A stretch of 64,000 nucleotides of DNA from Camelus ferus (lineage: Eukaryota). The stretch spans positions 81,594,001-81,658,000 of the forward strand of contig NC_045696.1 in assembly GCF_009834535.1 (NCBI RefSeq). Reading direction: 5' to 3'. This document shows positions 39,715 through 52,942 of the stretch, one piece after another. Under the pieces are notes generated by a model. That model had not been told where the DNA came from. It saw only the letters and a list, made by a program, of their open reading frames with translations, and did not search any database. How positions within the stretch are numbered: position 1 is the first letter of the stretch; each line of letters starts with the position of its first letter. The position numbers and the translations under genes are program-made.

Positions 39715-40750
39715 AAAGATCAAGCAATTTAATTTTGATTAAAAACTCTATCCTTCAATATTAACCATTAAGAGAGTGAAAATGCAAGGCACAGAGTAGA
39801 GAAGATGTTGGCAACACACAATGCTGGATATGATGGAGACTATAAAAAAACTACTACAAATAAAGAAGAAAATGAAAAGCAACACAGGGAAATACAGGCG
39901 AAGACTTGAAACGGTATTTCATAAAATAAACTTATCCAAATGTCCAATGTGTGAAACTTCCCAATTAGTAGTTATGAGAGAGCAAATTAAAAGTACACCT
40001 TGACCTTTGTAGCTAAAACAAATAAACTATGCCAACTGTTGGTGAGAATTTAGGGCTATGGAAGCTGACATATTGCTGGTGAGAGTGTAAATTAGAACAA
40101 GCACTTTGGAGAACAGTTTGGCATTGTTTACTGAAGTATAAGATACATGCAATCTATTACTCAGGACTTTCACTCTGAGGCATATCTGCAAAAGAAATGT
40201 GTGCCCACGCATCAGAGAACTTATACAAGAATGTTCATAGCAGCGCTAGTTGTATTACGGCCATCTGAAAACAACCCAAATGGCCATCAACAGTAGAGTG
40301 GATAAATAAATTGTGGTATATAGTGTGGAACACTATAAGAGCAATAAAAACAAATAAACTATAGCTAAGTACAAGAAAACAGATAAATCTTACAAATATT
40401 ATGTTGAGTGAAAGAAGCCAGATCCAAAAACATATATACTGTGTGGTTCCATTTATGTGAAGTTCAAAAACAGGCAAAACTAACTCTTAAGGGAGGCACC
40501 CTAGTGGTAAAAGTATAAAGAAAATCAACTAAGTACTTGACATAAAAGTCAAGACAGTGGTTGCCTTTAGGAGGGTGGGATAGGGAGTGGGAGGGTCACA
40601 GCCCACTCCTGGGATCCTGGCACTGTTTAATTTCTTATCCTGGGCAGTGGTTACATGGCAGCAATCCATCAAGTTCTATATTTATGTGGTGTGCACATTT
40701 TTGTATGCATATGTTATTTTAGAGTAAAAAAAAAAGCTTTTTTGAAAAGA
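39715..40750 (+). mobile_element. L1ME-type 3' portion nested in L2
   Basis: Degenerate ORF2 end and 3'UTR (GTTGAGTGAAAGAAGCCAGA), A tail. Confidence 0.85.
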
Positions 40751-42185
40751 GGAAAATAAAAAATTACAGATTTTTAGTGTGGGTTTTAGGTGGAAAATAG
40801 CAGAGAGAGACTCTGGTCTTTGTAGGTTATTTACTGTTAACCTTCAAGAAAGAAGTTTAAGAAAAAATGTGGGGGCAGCAGCCACATTTTTAGGGGGTTA
40901 GGAAAGATAGATTTTAAGGAAATGGAAGCTAATAGTAAAGACCTGCATAAAGTTTTCTGATGAAAGGAAGGAGAATGATGAAGAAGTAGCTTCACTGGAT
41001 AGGAAGTTTAAATTTTTATTCTATTTTATTTTTAAGGCTGTGAGAGACTTCAATAAGGATACAATAGGGAGAGACTGAAAAATGCAGGTAATAGAGAAGA
41101 TAATTGATGATGAGGTCCAGGGCTATAAACCGCAGGATGGGCTGTCACAGGGAGGGGCTTACTTCCTCAGTGATGGGCATAAAGGAAGAGCTCTAGAATG
41201 GAAAGGAGAGGATCTGAGAGAATCAGCTGAGAATCAGAGGGTCCCCCTTCTCCCAGAAGAGGGTGCTAAAGTAGCCTCGGGGACCCGAAAGAGGTAAACC
41301 TGCCCCAAGCAGATCCCAGCATTGTGGATAGCCATCCAGGTCCAGCTGAAGTTGGTAGGAAGAATTTGGGCAGACTCAATCATCAAGGCTTTGGGGATTC
41401 TCTGGCAAGAACAGTAATTTGAGAATAATAGCAGTAAATGTGGCAGTGCCATTTATCATATTGATGGTAAGGGCAGGCATTACTATATATATATCGGCAG
41501 GGAAACTTCAGAAAACGGAAGGGGTCAGAAAAATACTGTTGCCTTGTTTTTCTCAGTAATGGAACAGACAAGGTTGTTTTCTGGGAATGGAGGGATTGAG
41601 AAAGCCTTAAAGAGGAAGGAGAGAATTTGAAAGAGCCACTGAGAGCAATAGACGAAGGAGCTGATCAAAGTCAGGGGCAACACTGAGAGCCTGGCTGAGG
41701 GTCGAAGTCATGAGTCTGCTGGTGCATGAATCTGTGTGATGGCAGGACTGTCTGCACCAGCGCTCGGCTGCTCGGAGAAGGAAAAAGAACTGCAGCACTA
41801 GAGAGGTACCGTATTTTGCTGGATGAGTATAGCAAGAGACGGGGGAATGGGTGGTGGCAAGGAATTAGAAGATGCTGGCGAAGACTGGTTTAGGCTCTCA
41901 CCATGGGATCCAGTGTTGGCAAGAAAAGCCAGGAAAGGAACTTCTGGAATAAATGGAGGTGCCATGATCAAAGAACAAGGGCAGACATGGAATCATGAGA
42001 GCATTGAAAAGGCTGAAGACTGTTGTCACTTGGAAGGTTATTAAGACATCTGTTGCAACTGATGACAGTTTCTGGGGTGGGAGTGGGTGCCTGAAGTGGA
42101 GAAGAGGTCACTAAAATAAGGAGGTCCAGGAATCGCAGGGCTACGTTGTTGGATGAATCTCTTAAATGAATGTTGAAAGCTTCAT

Positions 42186-42360
42186 CAGATGGTAACGAGG
42201 TTTCCGACTTTATGCCAACTATGATGGAATATTCTGGCTGCTGGGACTGTTGTGTTGAGAATTCTGAGCCCATTTTAAGGGTCAGATAGAAAGAGTACCA
42301 TGGTAAATTAGCAATGTTTGCCTGTAGAAGGAGGGAAGAGCCGTACATTTGTAATACCTG
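42186..42360. mobile_element. Charlie4z-like hAT MITE inside the L2 endonuclease region
   Basis: CAG...CTG termini; TGTGTTGAGAATTCTGAG and ATTAGCAATGTTTGCC core. Confidence 0.6.
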
Positions 42361-43344
42361 TTCAAATATTATGACAGGAGTTGAGATGGGGAAGAAAACT
42401 GAGTGGGGTATGACCCAGGAATTCAAAGAATGAGAGGCGGCAACTAGTTCAAGATTAATTGCATGCAGTAAATATTCATCACCAAGTTGATATTTTTTCC
42501 TTTCTAAGTAGGCTGTAGAGCCTCCGTCCCTCATTTCTCCTCAACTAGTTACTCTCACGAATCAAGCCCCTACCCACTTTAAAGTTAACCTAAAGTCTCC
42601 CTTCACCAGCATTTTTGAGATTTGCCTAATCAAAGATCATTCAGTGGAAATCTGCACAGCAACATCCATATGCATTTAAGGAATTCCAAACAGTTCTTGC
42701 AGAACCTCACTGGGTCCTTAGGAATACTCCCAGGGCATTGAAGAAGGTAAAGAATGCAAACTGGACCTTTTACGGAAGACACACTTTTATTATCTGTGAA
42801 ACTGAACTGGCTGTTTAGAGAATGACTGCTCTGTACTTGGAACAGTGGAATGATGGGCCCAATTATAACTACTTTATTGAGCATGCATATTATTTCAGTT
42901 CATACTTATGATGGCCTTGTGGGTCAGATATTATTTATTGTGTATTTTGTTGTTTTTTGAATTACAAGAAAATGCACCCTCCTTGTAACAGAGGCATAGT
43001 ATAAATTGAAAATGTCTTTTTTAACACATATCTCTCATCTTTGCTATTTTGCTGATAGAGACAGTGGCAGAGGGACTAATGAAAGCAAGAGATGTCTAAC
43101 TAAAGACACTTCAATCTCTGGTTTATTACTTAAACACTACTGCCTAGCCCTGGTCTTTTCAGGAAGGATATCACAATAAACAGAAAGGAGAATCAGCAGA
43201 GATCCTGTGGATTATTTTTTGTCCATTATTAATGAAACCGAAAGATGAGGCAGTGTCAAGAAAGTGAAATTGGCTGTGAATAAAGACGTTTTATCAAGAC
43301 ACGATGATCTAAGCTGACTCTGGACTTGCTCATAAAAGCAAGTG

Positions 43345-44105
43345 AATGTCCACTCCAGCCAAAGGTGGAGTAAAAAGGACAGATGTCACCCCCTCATCTG
43401 AAAAAAATAAAATAAAAATAAACTAAAAAAAAAAAAACCTAGACAGAGTGTAAGAAACCACCAGGACAACGGACAGGACACCAGCAATGACAGACAGCGA
43501 GTGCTCTGGTTGCCCCAGTTCCTGCCTGCAGAGGATGTCCAGGCTGCGGCCCTGGCCAGGGGAGTGCAGGTGGGCCCGGTGGCCCCGCTGTGTGAAGCGA
43601 TGAAGGGGGAAGTCTGGGGTGGCCAAGGCAGCTGGGGTTCTAGGGAAGAGTGGCTGAGAGGAGAAAGCTGTACACACAGAGAACCTCGGACATCTACAGA
43701 AGGCCCCCACTGTCTTCAGCTTCAGGCTGACTGGCACGTGAAACTAGGAGGGGCTAGTAAATGAACCAACCAAAATGATTGTGGAGAACATAGCTGGGAC
43801 TCACACAGAGCAGCCAATAGTTTCGGATCCCACCAGCCAGCATGGAAAACCTCATACTCCATATTAGAGTACCAAAAAGATCTTTGCCTCCAGAGAGGAA
43901 CAAAATTAGCTCTAGAATAAATGCTGCTCTGGTCCCACCTACAATACCTTAAAATCAAGACCCAGAAGGATCACACTGTATCTGTGGGAATTAACTATGA
44001 ACCAGAACAAATCTCCTGAATGCTTACAGGAATCCAAAAAGTATCCAGCACTCAACAAGGTAAAATTGTCCATATCTAAAATTCAGTGAAAAATTAGCCA
44101 GCATG
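43345..44105 (+). mobile_element. Old L1M 5' region (L1MC/MD 5'UTR-like)
   Basis: ATCCAGCACTCAACAAGGTAAAATT...AAAATTAGCCAGCATGC pre-ORF1 motif. Confidence 0.65.
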
Positions 44106-45831
44106 CCTCTTCCTTGAACCATGTTCTCAGTTCTGGTCGATCGATTCCACGTATTGCCACCTGCACCTTTGATGACTTGTGTTAAATGTGTCTTTCACTC
44201 ATCTCTGCCGCTTTCTCTGAGCTCTCAGCAACTCCTACTTCCATTAGACTTTTTCTCCCCTGGGAGAACTCCAGGCCTCACCTCTATTTCCTGCCACAGT
44301 TGTCTAAAGCCACCTTTCAAAGGAGAGGCAAAACCAAAAATCACTCTACAGGCCGCCAGCTATTTATTTCTAATTCAGTTACTCAGAACTGCCACTTTGG
44401 GAGTGAATAATACAGCTTGCGTAACAATGTCTTGATATTACAGTACCACTCAATACAAAACCCAGCAAACCATAGATTTGATAAATAGTATAGCAGTTTA
44501 ATGATGGGAAGATTTGCATTCTGGGTAAGCTTCTAAGGAAACCTGCTCAAAGACACAAGAAGCTTAAGGTTTAAAGGCAGAAAATAGGGAAAGTTTAATA
44601 TGTGGCTTAGCCAGGAAGATAGGACCAAAAATAAAAGATTCAAAACACACGCTCTAAAAATATCCACATCTTTCTGGGTAGTATACCCTCTTTGTATAAT
44701 TAAGCCATGTATTTTAGATATTTTTTTAGAAAGAATTTGATTTCCTCCTTGGAGAAGAGCTATTAAATTCCAAGATCTGTGCATTGTTTAGTCTCAGTTT
44801 CCTTAGTAAATAGCCTCAGGTAGTAATAATACATCAGAAACAAAATCAGCATTAACAAGATTTGAAAACGGAGTGAACTGAGATAATCTCCCCCTTTCCA
44901 GAGGCAGCTCTCCCAGGCTGGGAGCAGACTCACAGGATTTACCTGGAAACTCATGGTGTCCTTGGGATGCCCTCTTAGATAACCAGAGGGACAAACACAC
45001 GAGTATTCCTCATAGGCCTACCATGTGCCGGACGTGTGTCATGTGCCAAAGGCTCAGAATAAAATGAAGCTAAGACCCAGCCCCTCACTTAGTGATGTTC
45101 TTATTCGAGTAGTTTTGGTCCGGCCTCTTCTGACAGTTTATTCCATATTACCTAATGGTTAAAAGCCCCTATTTTATAGTCAGAACACCTTTCTGTGGGG
45201 ACCAGGAGAAGGCAAGACTGTGAAGGAGGGGAAACACGGCATTATCTGTCCCCTCCTTCCTCTCCTCCGTTCATGCCGCCAGGGCTGGGGTGGGTAGGGG
45301 ACCTCGGTGTTCTCAGCCATAGTTACAAATTGTCCTGTTTTGTTCAGCTTCTCCTCTGAGTACTGCTCTCCACTCAGTCTCCTCATGGCTAAGCCTCATC
45401 CCTGCCTCGCTCTGCTTATTTTCAGAGCTCAAAAATCCCTTTGGTATATTTTGGCTTCAGCCTAAGGCTAACTTCTGACCCAGCCAAACTCAGCTCTCCC
45501 CTCAATCATGATGCACCCAGAAACAAATCCACCTTCTGCAGGGAACAGCACCTCTGCTTGGCAAATGCCAGGATACCGTTGGGTATCATCCTGGCATTCA
45601 GCCCAGCTGGGCTGCGCTGTGAATGTCTTGTGCACAAATGGTCAGGACCCTTCCTGGCCCCCTCAAGTTCCTGTCCTTGGCTGTGTCCTTACTCCATCCC
45701 ACTTTCAGCCGAAGTGTAGAATTTCCGCTCTCCCGGGGGGGTCTCTCACCATCCCTGCCCACTGCTCTAGTTTTCATCTAGTCAGAGCCATTCCTCAAAG
45801 GCTGCCTCCCAGAAAAACCTTTGTGTTAAGT

Positions 45832-46223
45832 GGTATTTGGGTTGAATTGTGGTCCCCAAACTCATATGTTTAAGTCCTAACCTCCCAGTGCCTCAGAATG
45901 TGACCTTATTTAGAGATAAGTTCTTTACAAAAGTCAAGTTAAAATGAGGTCCTCAGGTTGGGCCCTAATCCAGAATCACTGGTGCCCTTATCCAAGGGGG
46001 AAATTTGGACAGAGACACACAGAAAGAAGACAAGATGGAAAACCACAGGAGAAGATAAACTATCTACAAGTGGAGGAGAGAGGCCCTTGGCCCTCAGAAG
46101 AAACCAGCCCTGCTGACGCTGATCTCAGACTTCTAGTCTCTGTACCTGCAAGGCAGTGCACTTCTGCTGTTTCAGCCATTTGGCCCAGGGTCGTTTGTTA
46201 CGGCAGCCCTTGCAAACAAATTC
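45832..46223 (+). mobile_element. MaLR LTR (MLT1B-like)
   Basis: GGGTTGAATTGTGGTCCCC...CCTCAGAATGTGACCTTATTT...TTTGTTACGGCAGCCC. Confidence 0.85.
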
Positions 46224-46224
46224 T

Positions 46225-46722
46225 GTTTTTTCAGGAAGACAGAATCTGAAATGAAGATTTGCATTAAGCAAGTCCATTGGGAGTGTCTTCGGGATCAGCA
46301 CGTGTAGGGAATGACAGGAGACTGGGCAGAGGGAGGAGCTGAACTGCAATGTGTTTGCAGTCCAGAACTGAGCTGGTTCCAAGGTTACCCTAGAGCTGGG
46401 ATGGCCCTTTGGAGTTGTCCATCTTGAGCATAAGGAGGTAAGGGGGAGGCCCGATCTTTATGCCCCCTCCTCCCAACAGGGATCAGTCCCTGGACGTGGG
46501 AGGGGGCACTTTGGGTGAGGAGACTGACTGAAGGCAATTTCTGCAGAGGGACTCAACAGAGAGCCTGCAACACCCACACCGGTAGCGGGAGAGTGAGTCA
46601 TCTGTCCCACAGGGGGAGCCAGGAGGCACCACAGCATCCATACAGCCCCCTGGACCAGCTTTGCCCCGCTGCTGCACTCCTGTGCACAACCAGCCTCTGC
46701 TTCGGCTCCACACACTCACCAC
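46225..46722. mobile_element. ERVL LTR (LTR33/LTR16-like)
   Basis: GGGCAGAGGGAGGAGCTGAACTGCAATG...GAGCTGGGATGGCCCTT. Confidence 0.55.
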
Positions 46723-46849
46723 AGTGGTCATTTATTATACCTTTTTCATTTATTTGTAAATTTAATATTTTGAGTAAGTACTGGACTGTAAATGTGCCAA
46801 GACCTGGTTTATTTTTGTTCAGTTTTATATCATCTATGCCTCCGAATCC

Positions 46850-47165
46850 CTGGAGATAGAGTTTTAGAGAAGTAATTAAGGTCAAATGAGGTCATGTGGG
46901 TGGACTCAGATCCAAAAGGACTGGTGTCCCTACAAGCAGAGGAGAAGACACCAGGGATTCAGGTGCACCGAGAAAAAGGCCGTGTGGGACACCGAGAGCA
47001 GGCAGCCGTCTGTGAGCCAAGGAGGGAGGCCTCAGGAGAAACCAACACTGCTGGCACGTTGGTGTTAAGATTTCCAGCCTCCAGAACCGTGAGAAAATAA
47101 AGTCCTACTGTGTAAGTCACCCAGTCCATGGGGTGTTGTTACAGAAGCCCTAGTAGACTGTCACA
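46850..47165 (+). mobile_element. 5'-truncated MaLR LTR (MLT1A/B-like)
   Basis: AAATGAGGTCAT...TTCCAGCCTCCAGAACCGTGAGAAAATAAA. Confidence 0.8.
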
Positions 47166-49439
47166 CTTTTTAGCCTTCCTGAGCTGCAGTTTCCTCATTT
47201 GTTTTCTAGGAGTGATCATTTCTATTTCATGGATGGATGTGAGGATTGAATGAGGTAACACAGGCAATCCCTGGATGGATGGGGGTGCTGTTTACTGTGT
47301 GGGGGACAGGCAGGGCGTGTCCGTGCAGCAAGGGGAAGTAAGTTCACTTGAGGACTAACTGATGATCAAGGTGCCTGTGGGATGTCCAGGTGGACGTTCT
47401 AGCAGACAGAGGCGCAGGTGGTTTGCTAGATAAGTGTCAAATCAGTATCGATCGGTCCCTTTATTCTCCCTGCCCCCAAATTCCCCTCTCCCTCATTTCC
47501 ATGCATTTCATAATCCAACAAGTCTGGTTTTCTCCACCCACCCTCTCCACCTCCACGCTTCTCTCTCCCACCCCTTACAATCTATTGGCACAAAGAATAA
47601 AGCATCCATCTGCCTGCCTCGGGCCACTGGGGAATCATTTGCTTTAAGGAAAAATATAAATAATGGAAATGTATTAAGTGTAGGGAGATAAACAGAAAGC
47701 TTCAAAATGGAGTAGGGCTCCCTTTGTGTTGCAAAGGCGAGTCTGGGCGGTGTGGAATGATTTATGAGGTTTTTGCTAGCACTTACTGTGAGGAGAGAGC
47801 TGGGAAGATAAATCAACTCCTTTATTAATATGAACTGTTTCCTTTAAAAATTGTATATGGAGACATGTAAATAGAAATGCCCCGGGCAGGGATTCTTTGC
47901 ACTTTAGTTGCTTCTGGGTTTTAGAGAAATACATTTGGAGTGCATTTAAATGATTACATCTAGGAAACTGTATCATATTGTTTACGCTTTGAAAATGAGG
48001 AAAGCTCTGTCCTCAGCTCAGCGTGTGTATGTGTGTACATCTGTGTGTGCGCATGCATGCACATGTGTTTGCACACACATGTACATGTGTGTGTTTAGAT
48101 GAGAAAGTGCACTGAGGGAGAGGACGAGACCTGCTGTTTGCTTGTATTTACTAGTCTTTATCTTATCTCAAGATGAAATCTTTTTTCTCTGATTACAGGT
48201 GTTAGGTAGGGCCCACAGTATGTTCAGACAGAAGAACATAAAAAGGGAAGTTACCCAGAGAGAAGCCCAGACTGGCCTTTCCAGTCTGGCCCACTCCCCG
48301 ACTTACTGTCATTCACAGAATTATGAGCCATGGCATGTTATACCCAGGAAGGGACACTAAAGTCACCTGGTCCAGCTCCCTCATTTCAGACAGGAACAGG
48401 AAGAAGAGGGGCTGCGTGACCTGTCCAACAGCCAGTGGAAAAACCCCACACAAGTCTGGGCAGGTTTCCGTGCTGCGAGGCCACTGACTGTGTGATCCGA
48501 ACGAGAGTCGAGGTCAGGGAGGACAGGTTTTTGAAAGGGCAGCGCCAGAGTGTGGCTGTTTAATTTATGAAAGTGAAACCTACTTTGCAGTAAGCAGCTC
48601 ATCTGCTGCTGGGGCATAAGGTGCCTTTGTGACCAATCAGAAAAAGGCACCTCCTCCATGTACCTGACAAGAGGAAAGAAACAAAAGCAGGAAACTCTCC
48701 CTCCCGCTCCCCCCACCCCTTGAGTAGGCACAGTCTGTTTGCAGTGCCTGGTTGCAAAGTAGAGTGCAGGCTGGACTTCAGCTCCCACTTGCCTCTCCAC
48801 TGGGTCCTCTTCTGCAGAGCAATCTGCCCCAGCATGTCCCGCGCAGCACTTCACAGAGCTCTGCCCGCACCGTGGCTAGGGATGGCAGAGTGCTCGGGTA
48901 GCTAGATGAGACCTGGGCTTCTCTAAGCAGCTCCACCATGTCTTCCTGCCTCCTTCCTGTCCCTCCTCCTTTATTTCTTCCTTCTTTTCTCACCATCAGC
49001 TAAAGTGGCTGGCATGGCCCCATCTGGGCACTAAGATGCTATTTCAGAATAACATACTGAGATGTGTACAGTGGGACCTAACATTGCCAGTCACTGGCTC
49101 AAAGGAAACCTCACCCAGATCCACCCTTGAAATGTCTGTAATCACTTCTTTGAGAAGTGAAAACCATTTTCATACCACACAGTAGTTAATAGCTTTCTTA
49201 GGGCTCTGCCTCTTACTTTAACTTATTCAACACAGTTTTAGTAAAGCCTAGAAGTCACAATTTAGGGTCATAAATGTATGTCTTAGTTCATCTTTTCCCT
49301 CAGTCTGTTTTTCATAGCTCTTCAATGTCTCTAGCTGTTTTGTTTTGGGGGTCGCCAAAATAAATGTGAGTGGAAAATCAAAGGAATCCTTTCCATGTTT
49401 CCTTAGGGCGAGAACTAAGCAGTGAGAAGGAGAAGGAAA

Positions 49440-49690
49440 AGCAGGAAATCAGACAGACAGGAGACCTAACATAAGCCCCTGCTCGGTCACTTCCTAGACA
49501 AGCGATATTGGGCAAGTCACTTAACTCCACTACGCCATGGGTTCTTTTTTTTTTTTTTCCTCATTTGGAAAAATGGGAGTAAAAATAAAGTCTAACTTTT
49601 TTTTTAAGTCCAATGTTTTCAAAGGAGACAATGTTTGTAAAAACTATCACAATTCCTAAGCCCTGTGCAGACGCTCGTTCTCACTATCAT
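49440..49690 (+). mobile_element. MIR
   Basis: TTGGGCAAGTCACTTAAC...TTCCTCATTTGGAAAAATGGG. Confidence 0.7.
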
Positions 49691-49706
49691 TCATTTGTAC
49701 TGTATT

Positions 49707-49830
49707 TGTGGATAGTCAAGGCTGGCCACAATTTCTTTGCTGGTGCTCCTGCTAAGAGGTGGAACCTACTTCCCCTCCCACGTGAACTCTGGACTGGCTT
49801 TGTGACTTGCTATGACCAACAGACTAGAGG
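49707..49830 (+). mobile_element. MaLR LTR 5' fragment (MLT1F/H-like)
   Basis: GGCTGGCCACAATTTC...CTTTGTGACTTGCTATGACCAACAGA. Confidence 0.6.
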
Positions 49831-50364
49831 TCGGGAAAAAGGAGAGACTAGAAGACAAGCAGTGCGGCAGGAGGGGAGGCCTGGCCCTCAGGGCGGGGGC
49901 AGTGATGGGGAGACCTTTCTGTTGGAGCAGAGCTAAACTTTGCCTCATGCCATCGATGGCAGCTTGGGGATTCGTAAAGCTGAGAACACAGCGGAGGAGG
50001 CGAAGCGGGGCAGCTGAGACGATGTGGGAAAGAAAACAATTTTCACACTAACACTCAGGCTCACGTTGGGTTAAAAAAAAACAACACACAAATGGATTAT
50101 TCCCCTTCCCAAGACTCCGCCCCAGTCGGGAGAACGTGATGAGATTTAAAGAGGAGAACACAATGGAGAGGTGAAGATGGGATGCGGAAAGCTACTATAG
50201 GAGATGGGAGATGTGGGGAAGCACGTGGAGTCTGGAATCAGCCAAACCCGGGTTGGTGCTGGCTCTGTTACCCACTGGCTGGGAGGCTCTCCATGTTCAG
50301 CCTCTGAAGAGGAGCTGGTACAAAGGACTGGAAGGGAACAAGATGGGAGGTGGGAGCCCTACGG

Positions 50365-50830
50365 TGGAGACCACCCTTGATCCCCTAAACTCACTCTTCC
50401 TTCTCTGGACACAAGCTTAGTCTACATTTCCCAGACTCCCTTGCAGACAGGTGTGGCCACATGACTGGGTTTCTTTTGACAGAATGAGCAGACAGGATAT
50501 GTACCATTCCCAGGCTTGGCCCAGAAGGGACTCCCACGCATGTTTGTTCATTCTCGTTCCCCTTTCTGACTGGAGTGTCAGTGCCCTCCATAAAGGGAAA
50601 GGCAAAGTTTAGCTTGACTCTGATAGGGAGGTTTCTCCATCACCTTCCCCCACTCCCCTCAAGGTCCAGAACCCTTGGAGGCCACATATTAGGCAGCAAT
50701 GAGTCTTCATCACTCAGTGTTTCTGGAAGATTGTGTCAGGGAGAGCTCCCTGTCAACCTAGTAACAAGAAATACATTTGTCTTGTGTTAAGCCGCTAGAA
50801 CTTTGGGGCTTGTTTCCCTCAACAAAATCC
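50365..50830 (+). mobile_element. MaLR LTR (MLT1J-like)
   Basis: CTACATTTCCCAGACTCCCTTGCAG...GGTGTGGCCACATGACTG. Confidence 0.7.
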
Positions 50831-52942
50831 AATGCTTAGGAGACTGTTGCATGTCCCAGAAAAGAGAAGATGAGGATCTAGAGTACTGATGTGGCCACAG
50901 GGGACGGAATAGCAAAAGTAAGTTAGGGTAAAGGACGGTAAAGCCCCCAGGAGCTTTACCCACACTCCTCATCAGAGAGGATGGTGAGGAGTTACAGGGC
51001 ATCCTCTGGAGTCAATGAAAACTCTACAGTCTGGAAGGAATGAGCAGCAGTACCCTCCAGCAAGCAGCCAAACAGATAATGATGCTGACGGTGGAGGCAT
51101 CGTTAGGAAAAGTAGTAGCTATGGCAACAGACATCCAGCAAGGCCATGGAGAAGCTGGGAGCACAGAGTGACCTGGCAGGGACAAACACAACAGGCAAAC
51201 TTTAATAGCAGAGGCCATGTGGAAGCAGCTGGAATCCTCCGAGCAAGGCAGGGAGGGTGGTTCTGGGTTTAGCTTGGGGAGTATGTCCTGCACGTCCCCT
51301 TGCCTCCCCCTCTTTGCCCCAACATGCATAGAAAGCTTGTGGGGATCCAGGCTACAGAGGGAACACAGGAGGACAGAGAGCTCTCCACTTTTCTGTTCTC
51401 TTCCTGAGAACTTGCCCTGAGTTCAGGAGGTCCTCCATGGCTGTTTCCAAGGAGGGGTAGAGCCCAGGCTCTGTGCTGACTAAAATGTTCCTGAGATGAA
51501 TGGAGTCCAAAACACTTGCTAATAACCCACTTTAGGAGTTGCTGTGGAGTGTGGGGGTGGAGGAAAACCGCTCATTAGAGGGATAAGTGATGATTTGGGC
51601 GGAACTCAGAGGCAATTGCTTTGAGCCATTATTTATCCTATTCTCCACCACCTCCCATCTCAGCCTAATTTCTCAGATCCTCTACTAAGTGGTTAAGAAA
51701 TCTGTGTGCTCATCCATGTCTTCCTCAGTCTATTTTCTTTTGCTGTCAGAATCTCTATTTCCACTTCGATCACCGCCCCCACCTCACCCCCCAGACTTTA
51801 ATGCAGCAAACCCTGTGAAAACCTAATTGAACTTTTGTTTTAGTGTGGAGATTTAGAGCAGAGTGGAGCTGAATGGATGCTGAGCAGAGGGTCGATTTTA
51901 ATTCAGCAGAGCATTCTTTTATGTGCTGGGAAGGATGTGACATTCATTAAAGGATAATTTTCAAAAAAAGGCAAAATCATGACTCTCCTAGAGCTATAAA
52001 ATGAACACATGGTAAAGATTCTATTTGACTCATTAATTAAGTGAGAGAACCAGGCAGACGTTATAAATGGATTAAAGAAGAAGTCAAGGAAGCACAGATT
52101 TAGAACCAAATTTATACAGAGCAAAGGAATGTTGAAATAAATGAGCAAATGGAGGCGAAACTGCCCTTTTCTTGGAGGAGAGGAAGGGTCATCCCTCTCC
52201 TGGACAGAATTCATTTGCATATTTATAAATAAGAATTGGTTTGCATTGCTATCAGTCATCTGCAGTTTTCAGATTAAAATAGCTCCCGTGGAATCAGAAT
52301 CAGACAACCCAGAAGTGTGCTTTAGACAAGGCAGGCATAGTTTTCCACTGAAGCATAAATTTTTTCTTACACATTTAGACAAAATCCTTCCAGCCCAGGA
52401 AATTTACTCACTGGCTTCTTCCGTGGATGACTTGGATGACCTCAGAAAAGCAGATTACAATTAATACCTTAAATATATAACAATCTAGGTTGCGTTAATA
52501 GCAATTCAGCTTCAATTGTATTGTATTCAATTCCTTTGTAGCTCTGCTCCTATCAAGCTCCATCCTCCTTTTTTGTTATTGTCTCAAATTACATTTTTCT
52601 TTTTACATTGGGCTAAGAGGAAAACTTCGGTCTAACTGCAATTTGCTTAGCAGTTGCCACACAGATAACCCAAGTCTAAACTTGACCCTGTCTAATTTTC
52701 ATGGAAGGACATTAAATTGTATCTCATGATGAATTAAGTAACCAATACCAAATCTGGCAGTCACAGAAAGAGTCCGGAATCTGAAACTTAGTTTCAGTTT
52801 TCTGGCTAAGCAGGTGTGTGATCTCTGAGCTGTGGTTTTCTTATCTGCAAGACAGGGAGGGCAGATTTGTTCTCAAAGCTTTCTTTTTAGTTCCTATGAC
52901 TCTACATCTCACGTCAGTCGGCTGCTTGCTGTTTTATATTAC

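Larger units (their letters stand above)
37910..42440 (-). mobile_element. Long L2 remnant from the 3' end into the AP-endonuclease region, with nested insertions
   Basis: Antisense L2 motifs throughout; peptides LRAAERWCRQS (41607 ORF) and TPVII...FNIH..DSSN..A..FLDLL (41968 ORF). Confidence 0.75.

Noticed and set aside
48267..48289. 9-bp hairpin CCAGACTGG/CCAGTCTGG (similar one at 37657-37681)
   Set aside because: Isolated short stems are expected at this window size
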